DNA of 64,000 bases, taken from contig NC_069001.1 in NCBI RefSeq assembly GCF_001194135.2, forward strand, positions 22,499,613-22,563,612, given 5' to 3'. Shown here one piece after another: positions 13,148 through 25,144 of this stretch; the stretch's first letter is position 1, and each line of letters starts with the position of its first letter. The notes beneath the pieces are model-generated. The model saw only the letters and a list, made by a program, of their open reading frames with translations. It made no database searches and was not told where the DNA came from. This DNA is from Octopus bimaculoides (Eukaryota). The position numbers and the translations under genes are program-made.

Positions 13148-14760
13148 AACTAGCACGAACTATTTCTTTATTTGGCACTAAAGCCATAACATAGAGGGGG
13201 ACACTACGACGACAGACAACACAAACCGTGGGGTACATTTAACGAATGATGACATGGATTATAAAATGAAAGGATGAAATGGGTCACGAGCTCCCCAAAG
13301 CTCGCAGCTTCATTTAGCTCTTCTTTTATACAGTTTTTAATCGTTTTCCAATCTCTCGTCCATTATAAGTTCTGTCAAATCTTCCAGTTCGACTACATTT
13401 GGCAGAGTCTCATAACAGACATATACTCCTGTTCTCATGAAACTACTCGGAAACAACTTACCATCCTGTCCATTCGATCTTTGTCCAATAACGCTGCTTT
13501 CTGATCTCTATGGAACATATTCGAATCCAATTTAACACGTATTAGTCCTTTCATTTTTGCCAACCTCTTTTCTACTTCCATCTTCTTCATATAAAACACC
13601 AACAATTTTAAATTCTTTCCTTTTGGTCTTCTTACTCGTACTACATATTCTGTTTGCATTGCCACTCTCTCCTTCCACTGCTCAAGTCTGATGTCGTCTT
13701 TATCCTTTTCTATAGTAGTCACTGCTTCCTCTGGTTCTCAGGTTCGACTCTCTGTCGTTTCCATTTCCTCTGTTATCTTCTTTTTACCTTTCTTCTTTTT
13801 TTTCGGGCTTTTTGGTGAGGATTCCATACGTGTTCTCTTTCTATCCACTGTTATTTCTTCTTCCTTTTCTACAACTTTTTCCTCTTCTTTTTCCTCTTCT
13901 TTATCTCTTTCTGCGTCGTTACACTCCTCTATTTCTTTATCAGGTACTTCTCTTAGGGGGCACTTTGCTTGCATGTGCCCCCTGCTTTTACATCGGTAGC
14001 ATATTGGTGTCTCCCCTCCACCACAACGCGCAGTCATGTTTCGTCGGGGAGCACCAGTTCCTCAGCTATGTTGTGCAAATCTGGCAGGGTTATATGGATG
14101 AGTACTTCCACACCAAAACCCCACCAGTTGATTTCTCGTGACCTTTCAACTTTTATGACTTCCACAGCATCTTTGCAGTTATAAATAATGGCTGTAACCA
14201 GCCATTCTGGGTCCCTTTCAGGAGGCACTCGGCCAATCCTCACACGTGCGGCCCTTCTTCCACAATAGGTAGGCAAAAGTGCCCACCTAGCCGTTCTTAA
14301 GGGTACAGTGGAGTGCTTTTTTTCCTCATCCTCACTCGTAAAGCGCACCTCCACCGTACCATACTTTCTACCTCGTGCATAAAACGTTGTTAATGACTTA
14401 ACTATCGCTTACGCACTGCTCTATATCTTCAATTTCTGCTATTTCAATCTTCTTTGTTTCGACATTAAGCGTTCGGTATACAATAATTTTCTTTCCAGCT
14501 CGTTCGAATGCCTCTTTAGGCGGTGTTATTTTTAAACAGTCTCCATCCTTCTTAAACAAATTCATAAATTTTTCAAAATTTTTGTATTCAACGTGGATTT
14601 CTTCCATTTGCATTGCATTGGCAGACAGGCATTTGCCTGCTGCCGCAGCGTACGTTCCTTCTTCCATACCCAACTTGGGCAGGAAAATAATTTTCAACAA
14701 TAAATTTTAACAATGATATTTCAACAGCAGTTTTTTAAGCAATTTCACCAATTTTAAATT
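13148..14760 (-). mobile_element. Near-complete ORF1-only retroelement (RRM-like, CX2CX4HX4C knuckle, KE-rich tail; stops and frameshift)
   Basis: ORF-track pieces 14398-14700, 14034-14354, 13738-14037 (CYRCKSRGHMQAKC) and 13435-13722 join into one roughly 400-codon frame. It is followed by a 3' UTR ending AATAAAGAAATAGTTCGTGC, with no RT. Confidence 0.8.
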
Positions 14761-14764
14761 CTTA

Positions 14765-15020
14765 GGCGTAAGAGGAATTAGATGTAACATGCAAGAGAGA
14801 AGACTGCACTGGTTTAGTCAAATTATACATATAGATGAGGACAGGTGCATAAAGAAATGCTGATCATTTAAAGGGGATGGAATTTGTGGAAGTGTGAGAC
14901 TCGGGAAGACATGAGATGAAGAATTGAGGTCCGATCTCAAGATGCCGATCCTTAAGGAGAAGATGTCAAAGGACTGAGATATATGGTGCTCTGCTGTGCT
15001 TGAGAAAATCCATCCTCTAT
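14765..15020 (+). mobile_element. RTE-clade LINE 3' end fragment
   Basis: QERRLHWFSQIIHIDEDRCIKKC..GICGSVRLGKT.DEELRSDL resembles the RTE C-terminal LRWxGHVxRM..GRGRPRKTW motif. Confidence 0.75.
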
Positions 15021-15364
15021 AATATAATCGCTATTCTAAAACCATCTTGGTAAATGCTTTATGTGCAAAGCTCTGTCTCGCCTCCATTCTCACTGCCCCA
15101 TCAAGCTTCCCAACATCTCATCCCCACACTCATCACTTCTTCATCTCTGATATTATTCAGCAACAATAAACACCTGAAAGTAGAATAGACAGACACATAA
15201 TATGCACCCAGCTTTTTCCTTACATTCCCCTTTCTTTTCCTTCCCCACAACTATTTCCATTCCTCATTACTTTTCACTAGCCATGTCCTCTCTCTCTGTC
15301 TCTTCCCCGCCTGTTATTTTTCATCCATCCTTACACCTCTTTCATCCTTTATCTTTCCAAATGC

Positions 15365-15396
<32 letters not shown>

Positions 15397-15399
15397 CAT

Positions 15400-15670
15400 A
15401 ACTCCTCCCACCGACCCACTCCTGTATGTCCTCCAGCACAGTCCAATCCTCTGCATCACTTCACCTATATTCTCCACCACTGTACTTTGACAATATGTCC
15501 TGACAAATACCCCACCATCTCTCCCACTCCTCCATCTCTTTCTCTCTCAGTCTCCTTATCTCCTTTCTTATCCAACTGAGATATGCATGTGTGTCTTCTA
15601 CTGCAAGACACCTATCTCTATCCCTCTGATATTCTTGTAATCTCTCATCAACTGGTACCAATCACCTCTC
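15400..15670 (-). mobile_element. Possible non-LTR retrotransposon ORF2 C-terminal fragment
   Basis: ORF 15461-15661 (HAYLSWIRKEIRRLREKEMEEWERWW) has the composition of Tx1/L1-like C-termini; no diagnostic motif. Confidence 0.35.
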
Positions 15671-15729
15671 TCAATACTACCCCGCCCTAGTCAAGGGGAC
15701 TTTGTTTCGTCTTACAAGTTACATGGGGT

Positions 15730-15930
15730 CTCCACTGGTGTTGGTGCATGAAAAAAAGCACCCAGTACACTCTGTAACGTGGTTGGTATTAGGGAAAGTA
15801 TCCAGCTGTGGAGACCATGCCAAAACGGACAACAGAACTTTGTATAGCTCTTTGGCTTGCCAGCTCATTTCAAACCGTTCAAACCATGCTAACATAGAGA
15901 ACAGATGTTAAATGGTGGTACTAATGATGG

Positions 15931-15962
<32 letters not shown>
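15730..15962 (+). mobile_element. SINE family C with (GAT)n tail
   Basis: aaaaagcacccagtacactctgtaacgtggttgg..atccagctg..accatgctaacat..gttaaat..(gat)n; related copies at 28975-29130 and 50680-50897. Confidence 0.75.
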
Positions 15963-15963
<1 letters not shown>

Positions 15964-16408
15964 AAGCTTATACAAACTTGACAAAATCTATCACATACAC
16001 ACACACACACAAACACATTAAAACTAGACACATTATTTAATATTGTTGCTTGAAATATGTCAATTTTCTTGTATTTTTCTTTTAACTCCGTAACTTATTT
16101 TAATAACATGTGTCTATGAACAGCTATAATTTTCTGTTAATATGAATCATGAACACAAATTGTTTTTTGAGTATTTTCACGTCTCAGCCAGTTCGTACGT
16201 TCATTTATTTTTGTTATACACTGTACTCTCTGCTGTCTTATTTAAGCTTGGTATATTTTCGAATCTCTTGTTCTGTTTGGTTCCACAGTGATCAATATAT
16301 TCTTCGTAATATAATTAAAAGATTTTTGATATATGAGTTATTCACATTCTTATCTCTCTGTATCTTTGTAACCATCTTCATTAATTTGCATTACAAGTGG
16401 TTTTTCCC

Positions 16409-16479
<71 letters not shown>

Positions 16480-16704
16480 CTTACATACGTATGGATGAAT
16501 GCATGTGTGTATGTATGTATATATGTATGGTTGCATGTGTGTATGTGCATATGTACAGGTACGCATGTATCAGTATTGTACCAATAATTGCTCCATTGGA
16601 AAGTTGTAATCAACAATGCTGTTGATCCAAAATTCCAATATAAAACAAATGTTGTCAGATATTTTGAATATCTAACAATTACTATAGTTTCTCCTATTTA
16701 TCTT

Positions 16705-16912
16705 TGTGTCAGTCATTAGACTGCGGCCATGCTGGAGCACTACCTTGAAAGATTTTAGTCGAACAAATTGACCCCAGGGCTTACTTTTTTAAAGCCTAGT
16801 ACTAATTCTATCGGTCGCTCTCTTGAACAGCAAAGTTACAGGGATGTAAACACGCTAACACCGGTTGTCAAGTGGTGATGGAGGACAAAAACAGGCACAA
16901 AGACACACACAC

Positions 16913-16966
<54 letters not shown>

Positions 16967-17077
16967 CAGGCTTCTTTCAGTTTCCATCTACCAAATCCAC
17001 TCACAAGGCTTTGGTCGGCTTGAGGTTATAGTAGAAGACATTTGTCCAAGGTGACATGCAGCGGGACAGAACCCAAC
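16705..17077 (-). mobile_element. SINE family A, near full length
   Basis: Reverse complement of 588-1001 with internal (TA)n. Confidence 0.88.
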
Positions 17078-17079
17078 CA

Positions 17080-17760
17080 CTGCACCAGAGGCATTTACTT
17101 GTGAGCCATAATCTTCGACACATCCTTTAACCTTCTAATCATCCTTCTTCTCTTCAACCTCACCGCCTCTATGGAAATTCACTTTGATCATTGCAAACAT
17201 TCTCCAATGCCCAGAACAGGTAACTTTTTTAACTCAGCCAACTACCACCTTATTGCATTCGCTTCCAATATCTTCAAGATAATGGAGATAATCTATTACA
17301 ACGGCATCCTCTAAAGCCTTGAATCTTTCTCTCCTAAATGAGCACCAGTTCAGTTTTGATGAGGCCAGACCCACTGGTGACTTATTCCCCTCTTACTTCC
17401 AAGGGGTTCTTTCTTAAAAAAAAATTGATGTAAGTAACGATATCACCCTCAACATATGTACAGCTTTCGACAGTGTCTGACATGTAAATCTGTCGAAATT
17501 TCCTGCTTATCCCCTCCATTCACTACTGATCTCTATGATCTGTAACTTCCTATTGCTGCTTGTGTTAACACAGCTCTTGTCCCTCATTCTATAAACTCTA
17601 GCTTACGAGAAGACTCCTTTGTAAATCTCCCACTCTCTTCTTTCTATACACCATGACTTACTTGCTGCCACATCCAGCAACATTCATCCATATGCAGATG
17701 ACATCAACCTTCATTCTTTCTTAACATTCTTCAACAATACTCTCTTAGTTCACAAACTAG
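17080..17760 (+). mobile_element. CR1/Jockey-like LINE RT relic (continues at about 18830-19080)
   Basis: NYHLIAFASNIFKIME, TAFDSV.H, and YADD (tatgcagatgac) at 17691-17702. Confidence 0.75.
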
Positions 17761-17824
17761 ACACCACACCCTAAATCTACATTAACTTCATGAATACACT
17801 ACATGCACGCACGCACGCACACAC

Positions 17825-18720
17825 ATATGAGTTCATTAAGGTTCAGCCCTTATTCCTGTCCTATTCACCATAGTTGTACAGGCCATCGCAGGAGTTTGGG
17901 ACTGGGTGTCCCTGGGAACATCTTATAGCTGATAATTCAGTTCTCATAGCTGAATCTATAAGAGAATTAAATAGAAAATTCAAAGCATGAGAGCTAAACC
18001 TAGAATCAAGGATAATCAGGACAAACTTAAGACAGAACACTGGAATCTTCATGGAAATGGACTTGATTGTTAGGCCGTAAGGCAGTAGGTATAAACTCCA
18101 AAAGCTATGGGCATATGAAAGATGTAGTGGAATCAAAGGCAGGCTAACAGAGAAAGTAATTTTCATATGCAAAAGATGCACTGGAGCGGTGCATTCTATG
18201 AGCACATCAGAAATAGACTCTGAAATGCTTAGATTGATTGAATTAGGAACAGAAGTGAAGTGACTCTTCTAGAAATATAGAAGTCAGGGTATGAAAAAGT
18301 TAGAAAGAGTGTAGGGATTATCCACCACTACTGGCAACATAAGTATTTTCTTTTCGAATGAAAAGCAGTTTGTGTGACAACTGCGTTAGAATTTCAGCCC
18401 TTCCTGTTAGTTAGACATAGAATTCTAATCCAGAGGACTTGAGAAGACTGGAAATAAATGAAGTAGGCATGCTCTTTTTGATATGAAACGCAAGTGTGCA
18501 TGAGCAACATAACAGAAATATACTGATAGAAAGACTGGGTATAAGAATCAAATGTAGTGTATAAGGAAGAAGCATAAAGTGCCAACCACTTAATCACTTA
18601 ATTCAGATGGAGCTTGCAAAAGAAGGGATCCCAAGAAGATTAAAGGACAAAATGGTAAAAGCTGATCCCAGGAACTTGAAGCTCATGGAGGAAATGCCAA
18701 AGGACGAAGATGACTAGTAA
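17825..18720 (+). mobile_element. RTE-clade LINE RT relic
   Basis: GTGCPWEHLIADNSVLIAES..RCSGIKGRLTEKVIFICKRCTG..RRLEINE..NASVHEQ. The minus-strand ORF-track entry 17861-18205 is its antisense. Confidence 0.82.
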
Positions 18721-19089
18721 TACGGGGATTCTTGAGCAAACCCAATCAACTTGGAGAAGATGAGTTATATGTATGTATCACACATACACACACACACAGA
18801 TATGAGCACAACTGGGTTAATTGCCTAATTTCCTCCTCAAATCACCCCACTATCCATCCTTTCCCTTACTGTTGTTTTTTTTACATGATATCACTAGTCT
18901 TTCTCATTACACACAACCTTTTCACTTGATATCTAACCTCCATCCATAACGCTGTCTTCTCCACCCAAGCCATCGGATAATCTCACATTCTCTGCTACCA
19001 TATGTTTCTCACTATCCCTATGCATTATGCCCACCTCTTCTTCATACGTAATCTTGCAAACGACCCAACCACGAAAGTAGGTATCTATA

Positions 19090-19795
19090 TGCACGCACGC
19101 ACGCACACACATATGAGTTCATTAAGGTTCAGCCCTTATTCCTGTCCTATTCACCATAGTTGTACAGGCCATCGCAGGAGTTTGGGACTGGGTGTCCCTG
19201 GGAACATCTTATAGCTGATAATTCAGTTCTCATAGCTGAATCTATAAGAGAATTAAATAGAAAATTCAAAGCATGAGAGCTAAACCTAGAATCAAGGATA
19301 ATCAGGACAAACTTAAGACAGAACACTGGAATCTTCATGGAAATGAACTTGATTGTTAGGCCGTAAGGCAGTAGGTATAAACTCCAAAAGCTATGGGCAT
19401 ATGAAAGATGTAGTGGAATCAAAGGCAGGCTAACAGNNNNNNNNNNGGAACATCTTATAGCTGATAATTCAGTTCTCATAGCTGAATCTATAAGAGAATT
19501 AAATAGAAAATTCAAAGCATGAGAGCTAAACCTAGAATCAAGGATAATCAGGACAAACTTAAGACAGAACACTGGAATCTTCATGGAAATGAACTTGATT
19601 GTTAGGCCGTAAGGCAGTAGGTATAAACTCCAAAAGCTATGGGCATATGAAAGATGTAGTGGAATCAAAGGCAGGCTAACAGAGAAAGTAATTTTCATAT
19701 GCAAAAGATGCACTGGAGCGGTGCATTCTATGAGCACATCAGAAATAGACTCTGAAATGCTTAGATTGATTGAATTAGGAACAGAAGTGAAGTGA
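19090..19795 (+). repeat. Near-identical direct duplicate of 17808-18264, itself partly doubled across a 10-N gap
   Basis: The same sequence runs from atgcacgcacgc to gaagtgaagtga with one substitution seen (atggac/atgaac). 19197-19436 is repeated from 19447. Confidence 0.9.
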
Positions 19796-20118
19796 AGTGC
19801 ACCATTGAAATATAGTAAATACAACACTTACCACATATTCAAATGCTTCCAAATACATCTGGTTTAGGTGAGATTTCAAACAAACGGTTTTAAATAAATT
19901 TATAATGGAAACTATCAGTTCTTTTGATTAATTAGTTTTTCTAAGCAGTTTAGCCATTACTCTAGTTTATTTTTTAAGAATTGGACACGCATCTTTAAAG
20001 TTTTTTTCTATTGTTAGAATCGCTTTTATTCAAAACATTAATGGTATTCAAATTCTGTGACTACATGCTTGTTTGTGAATAAGTCCTGTGTGTGCATGTA
20101 TGTGCTTGACTCTGTCTA

Positions 20119-20153
<35 letters not shown>

Positions 20154-20321
20154 ATGTATGTATGTATTCATGGGTACGTGAAACTATTCTTTTACTTCAG
20201 AGAAATAGTCATTTAGATGAAAAACTAACATAAAAATAAAAGATAATACAAAATCTGTTGAGATCGGATATATTCAGAAGGGGAAACATACACTTGATAA
20301 ATTTTATTCGCTAAAAGTGGA

Positions 20322-20378
<57 letters not shown>

Positions 20379-20505
20379 GTCTGTCTGTCGTCGTTTTCGA
20401 CTGCATAAGTCTAAACAATTTCTTGTATTTATTTATGTTCATTTATACTGAATTAATGTCAGCAGTTGGTTAACAACGTCAGCTTTCGTGTGACTGAATG
20501 GGTCT

Positions 20506-20540
20506 TGCGAAAATCCACCCTTCGAGGGTGGATTTTCGCA
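20506..20540. other. Perfect 16-bp hairpin with 3-nt loop
   Basis: TGCGAAAATCCACCCT-TCG-AGGGTGGATTTTCGCA. Confidence 0.95.
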
Positions 20541-20585
20541 TTTGAAATTTTATTTTAAAAAAGAATTTTCAATCTGTCCTGAAAA

Positions 20586-20659
20586 ATGGATAACTTGTTT
20601 GACGCTGCTAGCGTTCCATCGTCGTACATGGACATTAAGTTCCCTGAATTGCCGAACGG
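20586..20659 (+). CDS. Candidate first coding exon, MDNLFDAASVPSSYMDIKFPELPN(G), running into a gap
   Basis: AAAAATGG start context, CpG-rich non-repeat sequence, 24 open codons, ends AACGG|N. No homolog recognised. Confidence 0.33.
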
Positions 20660-20721
20660 NNNNNNNNNNNNNNNNNNNNNNNNNNNNNNNNNNNNNNNNN
20701 NNNNNNNNNNNNNNNNNNNNN

Positions 20722-20755
<34 letters not shown>

Positions 20756-20759
20756 GGTA

Positions 20760-22260
20760 AGAGGGAAAGCAAAGCAAGAGAATGAGCAGATGTCTACTGC
20801 CACCACCGCTGCCAACACCACTGTCTCAACTACTGCCCCCACCACCACCACCAACAACAACAATAACAATACCAACACGAACAAAGTAACTTTGCTTCAG
20901 TTCTGAGGCAAAGAAAACGAGTTGTTTCATTTATGTCACAACAACTAATGGAAACAAGACCCCTTTTATCTAAGGAGGGTAATACAATAAAACTAAACAC
21001 ACCACAACACATTTTAAAAAATATTAACTAAAAAAACAACTACATATAAGACAATAAATTTAAAAACGAGGAAGCCCGAAAACATAAATCAACAAACAAT
21101 TGAAAAATGTTTAAGACCCGTAGGGGCACATAGAAAATACATCCCAAGGGGCAAAAGATTTGCCACAGTTGAAGTCAAGTTTGACTCAGAGGAGCAAACC
21201 CAAGCCTACTCTACAGAATCACTAGAGTCTGATGAAATAGCAATGATCCCTACGTTCCTAGGTCGTAAGGTCACAAAAATAAAAATTAAAGATGTTCCCC
21301 TTGAAACTGAAGCACGATGGCTGGTGTCAGCCATCTGCTAGAATTTCGAGGAAGTTATTAATATCTTGGAAATTGTCGTCCTCAAACAACAGAACTGGAT
21401 AGGCCAGGCGTTCGAACTCTTGGTTCAACCCAATCAAGAGACGATAGAAAATATACCAGATCTTATAAAACTGCCGGACGGTACCGCCTTACATGTCGCC
21501 ATTGAAGGCAGAAGACTACGCTGTCACCTTTGTGGCAGCAAAAACCACTTAAAAATTGACTGCACAATATTGAAGGAGAAGCAGCAGTAGCAGCAGCAGC
21601 AACAACAGCAACAACAACAAAAACAGCAAAAGCGGTAACAAGAATAGCAGACACTAACTGCAAACCAGCACTGTTACCCACACCGCCATCAACACAAGAA
21701 TTAAAAGAACTCCACAAACGGATGAAACAGCTCGACAAAACAACAAAGCAACTCAACCGACCCAACTAATCAACACAAGCAACAGCAGAAGCAATACCAC
21801 CACCACTAACAATAACAACAACAGCTACAGAAGTACCAAAGCCTGAAAAGGAAAATATTGACTAACCCCTCATCTCCAATAACCCATACATCACATCCCA
21901 ACAGCCACAAACTAAAACTAACCCCACAGCAACAACATCAACACACCCACAAATCAACCCCAATACTCTTCCCCTTCCATCTTCTGATACCTCCGACATG
22001 TCATCCGATGAAGGCGACACGGAGGAATGGTAAATGTCCACAGGAGGAAGAAGAAAAAAAAGGTGGGGAGAACATCCACACAATCAAACAAAGTTGGGAA
22101 ATATAGCACTCCCGGCAACAGAACTCCCACACATAACAACACCAGCACCAACACTACAAACATACAAACACCTACAATGTGAACCGCAATCGACACAAAC
22201 AATTTGGACCGGATGCAATACATCAGGTCACACACCGACATAACTGAAATCAGTTATAAA
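20760..22260 (+). mobile_element. Divergent ORF1-only (RRM-like plus CCHC) element with Q/T-rich tail
   Basis: YKTINLKT..PRGKRFATVEVKFDSEE..PTFLGRK..WLVSAI..LPDGTALHVAIEGRRLRCHLCGSKNHLKIDC aligns by eye with YRTLNVET..ARGRKYGTVEVRFTSED..PTYCGRR..WLVTAI..LPDET of 13148-14760. Confidence 0.8.
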
Positions 22261-22279
22261 AAACAACCACCGTTAACAT

Positions 22280-22830
22280 ATGATGTGGATTTTTCGACTA
22301 TTTTTCACTTTATTGTATGTGATGTTGCGTTCGATTTCAAACTCCATACGTGGGTAGCCAGCTTAGTAGCTTTGCTTTAGTCTCTGTTGGAATGAATCGA
22401 TGTGATTAGCATAGCGATTCTTGAATTCTCCTTCACATAGTCCGAAATAGCTTCTCTTATCGGTTGTATTATTATTAGCATTGCAGTAACTTCTGTCTCA
22501 TATATGACAGATTTAACCATACATCGCTAGTCAAATGGACAGGTTCCTGGGTCTTGACAGTTACAACTGGGAGTGGATTCTTGGTGTTGGTCTCTTATTG
22601 CCATTTCCGATTTCTTTTTCGTTTGCCGATTTTTCAACATTCCACTTCTTATATAATTTCCTTCGCGCCTTTCCTCACTTTATTTCTCTCGTCCCGTCTT
22701 CAGTTCGTTGTGCCACAGGGGAAGTGTCTCGTGATTGTTTTGGGACACCAGACCTGTTATAAAACACTGTTTGGCATGTTCTCAGAACATAAAACTAAAA
22801 GTATCACAAAAAACATATATTGTGTGTTTA
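22280..22830 (-). mobile_element. Penelope-like GIY-YIG fragment
   Basis: CNCQDPGTCP..CMVKSVIYETEV..GLCEGEFKNRYANHIDSF. Confidence 0.8.
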
Positions 22831-23312
22831 TTAAATGATATATATGTATATGTATGCATGTATGTGTGTATGTATGTATATATCTTTATCTATCTATCTA
22901 TCTATCTATCTATACACAAACATACGCACACACACATAAAGTATGGCGGTTTAGTTCACAGGTGATCTAAACGATTAGAAACGCTAGGTAAGTGTTGTAA
23001 CGGATTCGTAGGGCTCCAAGGTTGTAACCGAGACGGTAGATATAGACCCATTGCAGATTCCCGATATAGCAGATATATAATTGTTAAAGAGGCCAACAAA
23101 TGTTAAGCCAAGGCAAACATCTTAAATCATATACACTATTATTATTGGAAAAATTAGTGCATAATGCCTTATGCACTTATTTCTACAACATCGGAAAGTT
23201 GAACTGCGAACTTTTAGGCTTCTTTCTTCTCTCTCTTCATCTCCTTATTCCTTTACTCCTGTTCTCTATGCTATCATTTCATTAATCTATGCCCTTCTCA
23301 TTTTCCCTATTT

Positions 23313-23368
23313 GTCTCTGAAGACGGAATATCCCATACTCTGGGATGTCACAGTAACAGCTGTAAGAC
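23313..23368 (+). ncRNA. Minimal type-I hammerhead motif with one core substitution, in pLTR-like DNA
   Basis: GUCU-CUGAAGA-[AUAUCCCA/UGGGAUGU hairpin]-GUAA(for GAAA)-CAGCUG-UA-AGAC; palindromic stem III ACAGCUGU; GUA triplet. Confidence 0.6.
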
Positions 23369-23447
23369 GTTCAACCTTTTCTAATAATAAGAATGTATGA
23401 CTTGAGATGTTTGTCTTCACTTAACGTTTGCTGTCCTCTTTAACAAT

Positions 23448-23525
<78 letters not shown>

Positions 23526-24322
23526 NNNNNNNNNNNNNNNNNNNNNNNNNNNNNNNNNNNNNNNNNNNNNNNNNNNNNNNNNNNNNNNNNNNNNNNNNNN
23601 NNNNNNNNNNNNNNNNNNNNNNNNNNNNNNNNNNNNNNNNNNNNNNNNNNNNNNNNNNNNNNNNNNNNNNNNNNNNNNNNNNNNNNNNNNNNNNNNNNNN
23701 NNNNNNNNNNNNNNNNNNNNNNNNNNNNNNNNNNNNNNNNNNNNNNNNNNNNNNNNNNNNNNNNNNNNNNNNNNNNNNNNNNNNNNNNNNNNNNNNNNNN
23801 NNNNNNNNNNNNNNNNNNNNNNNNNNNNNNNNNNNNNNNNNNNNNNNNNNNNNNNNNNNNNNNNNNNNNNNNNNNNNNNNNNNNNNNNNNNNNNNNNNNN
23901 NNNNNNNNNNNNNNNNNNNNNNNNNNNNNNNNNNNNNNNNNNNNNNNNNNNNNNNNNNNNNNNNNNNNNNNNNNNNNNNNNNNNNNNNNNNNNNNNNNNN
24001 NNNNNNNNNNNNNNNNNNNNNNNNNNNNNNNNNNNNNNNNNNNNNNNNNNNNNNNNNNNNNNNNNNNNNNNNNNNNNNNNNNNNNNNNNNNNNNNNNNNN
24101 NNNNNNNNNNNNNNNNNNNNNNNNNNNNNNNNNNNNNNNNNNNNNNNNNNNNNNNNNNNNNNNNNNNNNNNNNNNNNNNNNNNNNNNNNNNNNNNNNNNN
24201 NNNNNNNNNNNNNNNNNNNNNNNNNNNNNNNNNNNNNNNNNNNNNNNNNNNNNNNNNNNNNNNNNNNNNNNNNNNNNNNNNNNNNNNNNNNNNNNNNNNN
24301 NNNNNNNNNNNNNNNNNNNNNN

Positions 24323-24411
<89 letters not shown>

Positions 24412-25144
24412 CTGTCTCTGTCTTTCGCTATTTGTCTATCTGTGTCTTTATCTTTGTTTCTACATCTCCCTTATCTGTCTCTAGCTATCTATCTGATAGT
24501 AAAAATCTCTGGTGGATTAATGGAATAAGAATGACAGATTTTTAAGTTCAGTGCAACTTATGTGTGTTTCAATTTCTCCTTTTTACATACGACTAAATAT
24601 AAAAGAGCTGAATGTTTAGTATTACAGAAGATGCAAATAGCGAGTTGACTTCATTTATCCATTCTTTTACTTAACTGCCTGATTTCAAAATTCTTCCTTC
24701 GACCCCGCCCCCACAGAGAGGCTCTGAAGAATTTAAATACGCACTCAACTTATTATATTGCTCTTCATTATTTCTGCTATTGTTTTAGCGTGCACGTTTC
24801 AGTACTTGCAATGCTTACGGTGATCAAACGGATTCTTTGAGACAAATTTCCTAGATGTGGATGCTCTTCCTTTCATCATTTCTCATCTGTTTCCAAATAA
24901 AATAATATCTTTGGCCGGACATGTTTTTACGGAATATACGGAAGGTGGAAAACATTTAACATTGCTACACTCCTTTACCACTGCCCACAATGTCGAGGCA
25001 AGGGAACATAAACACACATACAAATCTTGCTTCTATGCTCCTATGTCGACATATGCATACATATATACATGCTTACATACTTACATATATAAATATATAG
25101 CAGTATGGGAAACTGACGTTAAATGACAAGGATGATGAGATATA

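Noticed and set aside
17861-18205. 114-aa and 226-aa minus-strand hydrophobic ORFs
   Set aside because: Antisense of the plus-strand RTE relic; the longer one crosses an assembly overlap.
23428-24528. Long ORF-track entries of 200-390 aa here and at 28057, 40690, 45292, 47042, 52584 and 55057
   Set aside because: They consist of N-gaps and microsatellites.
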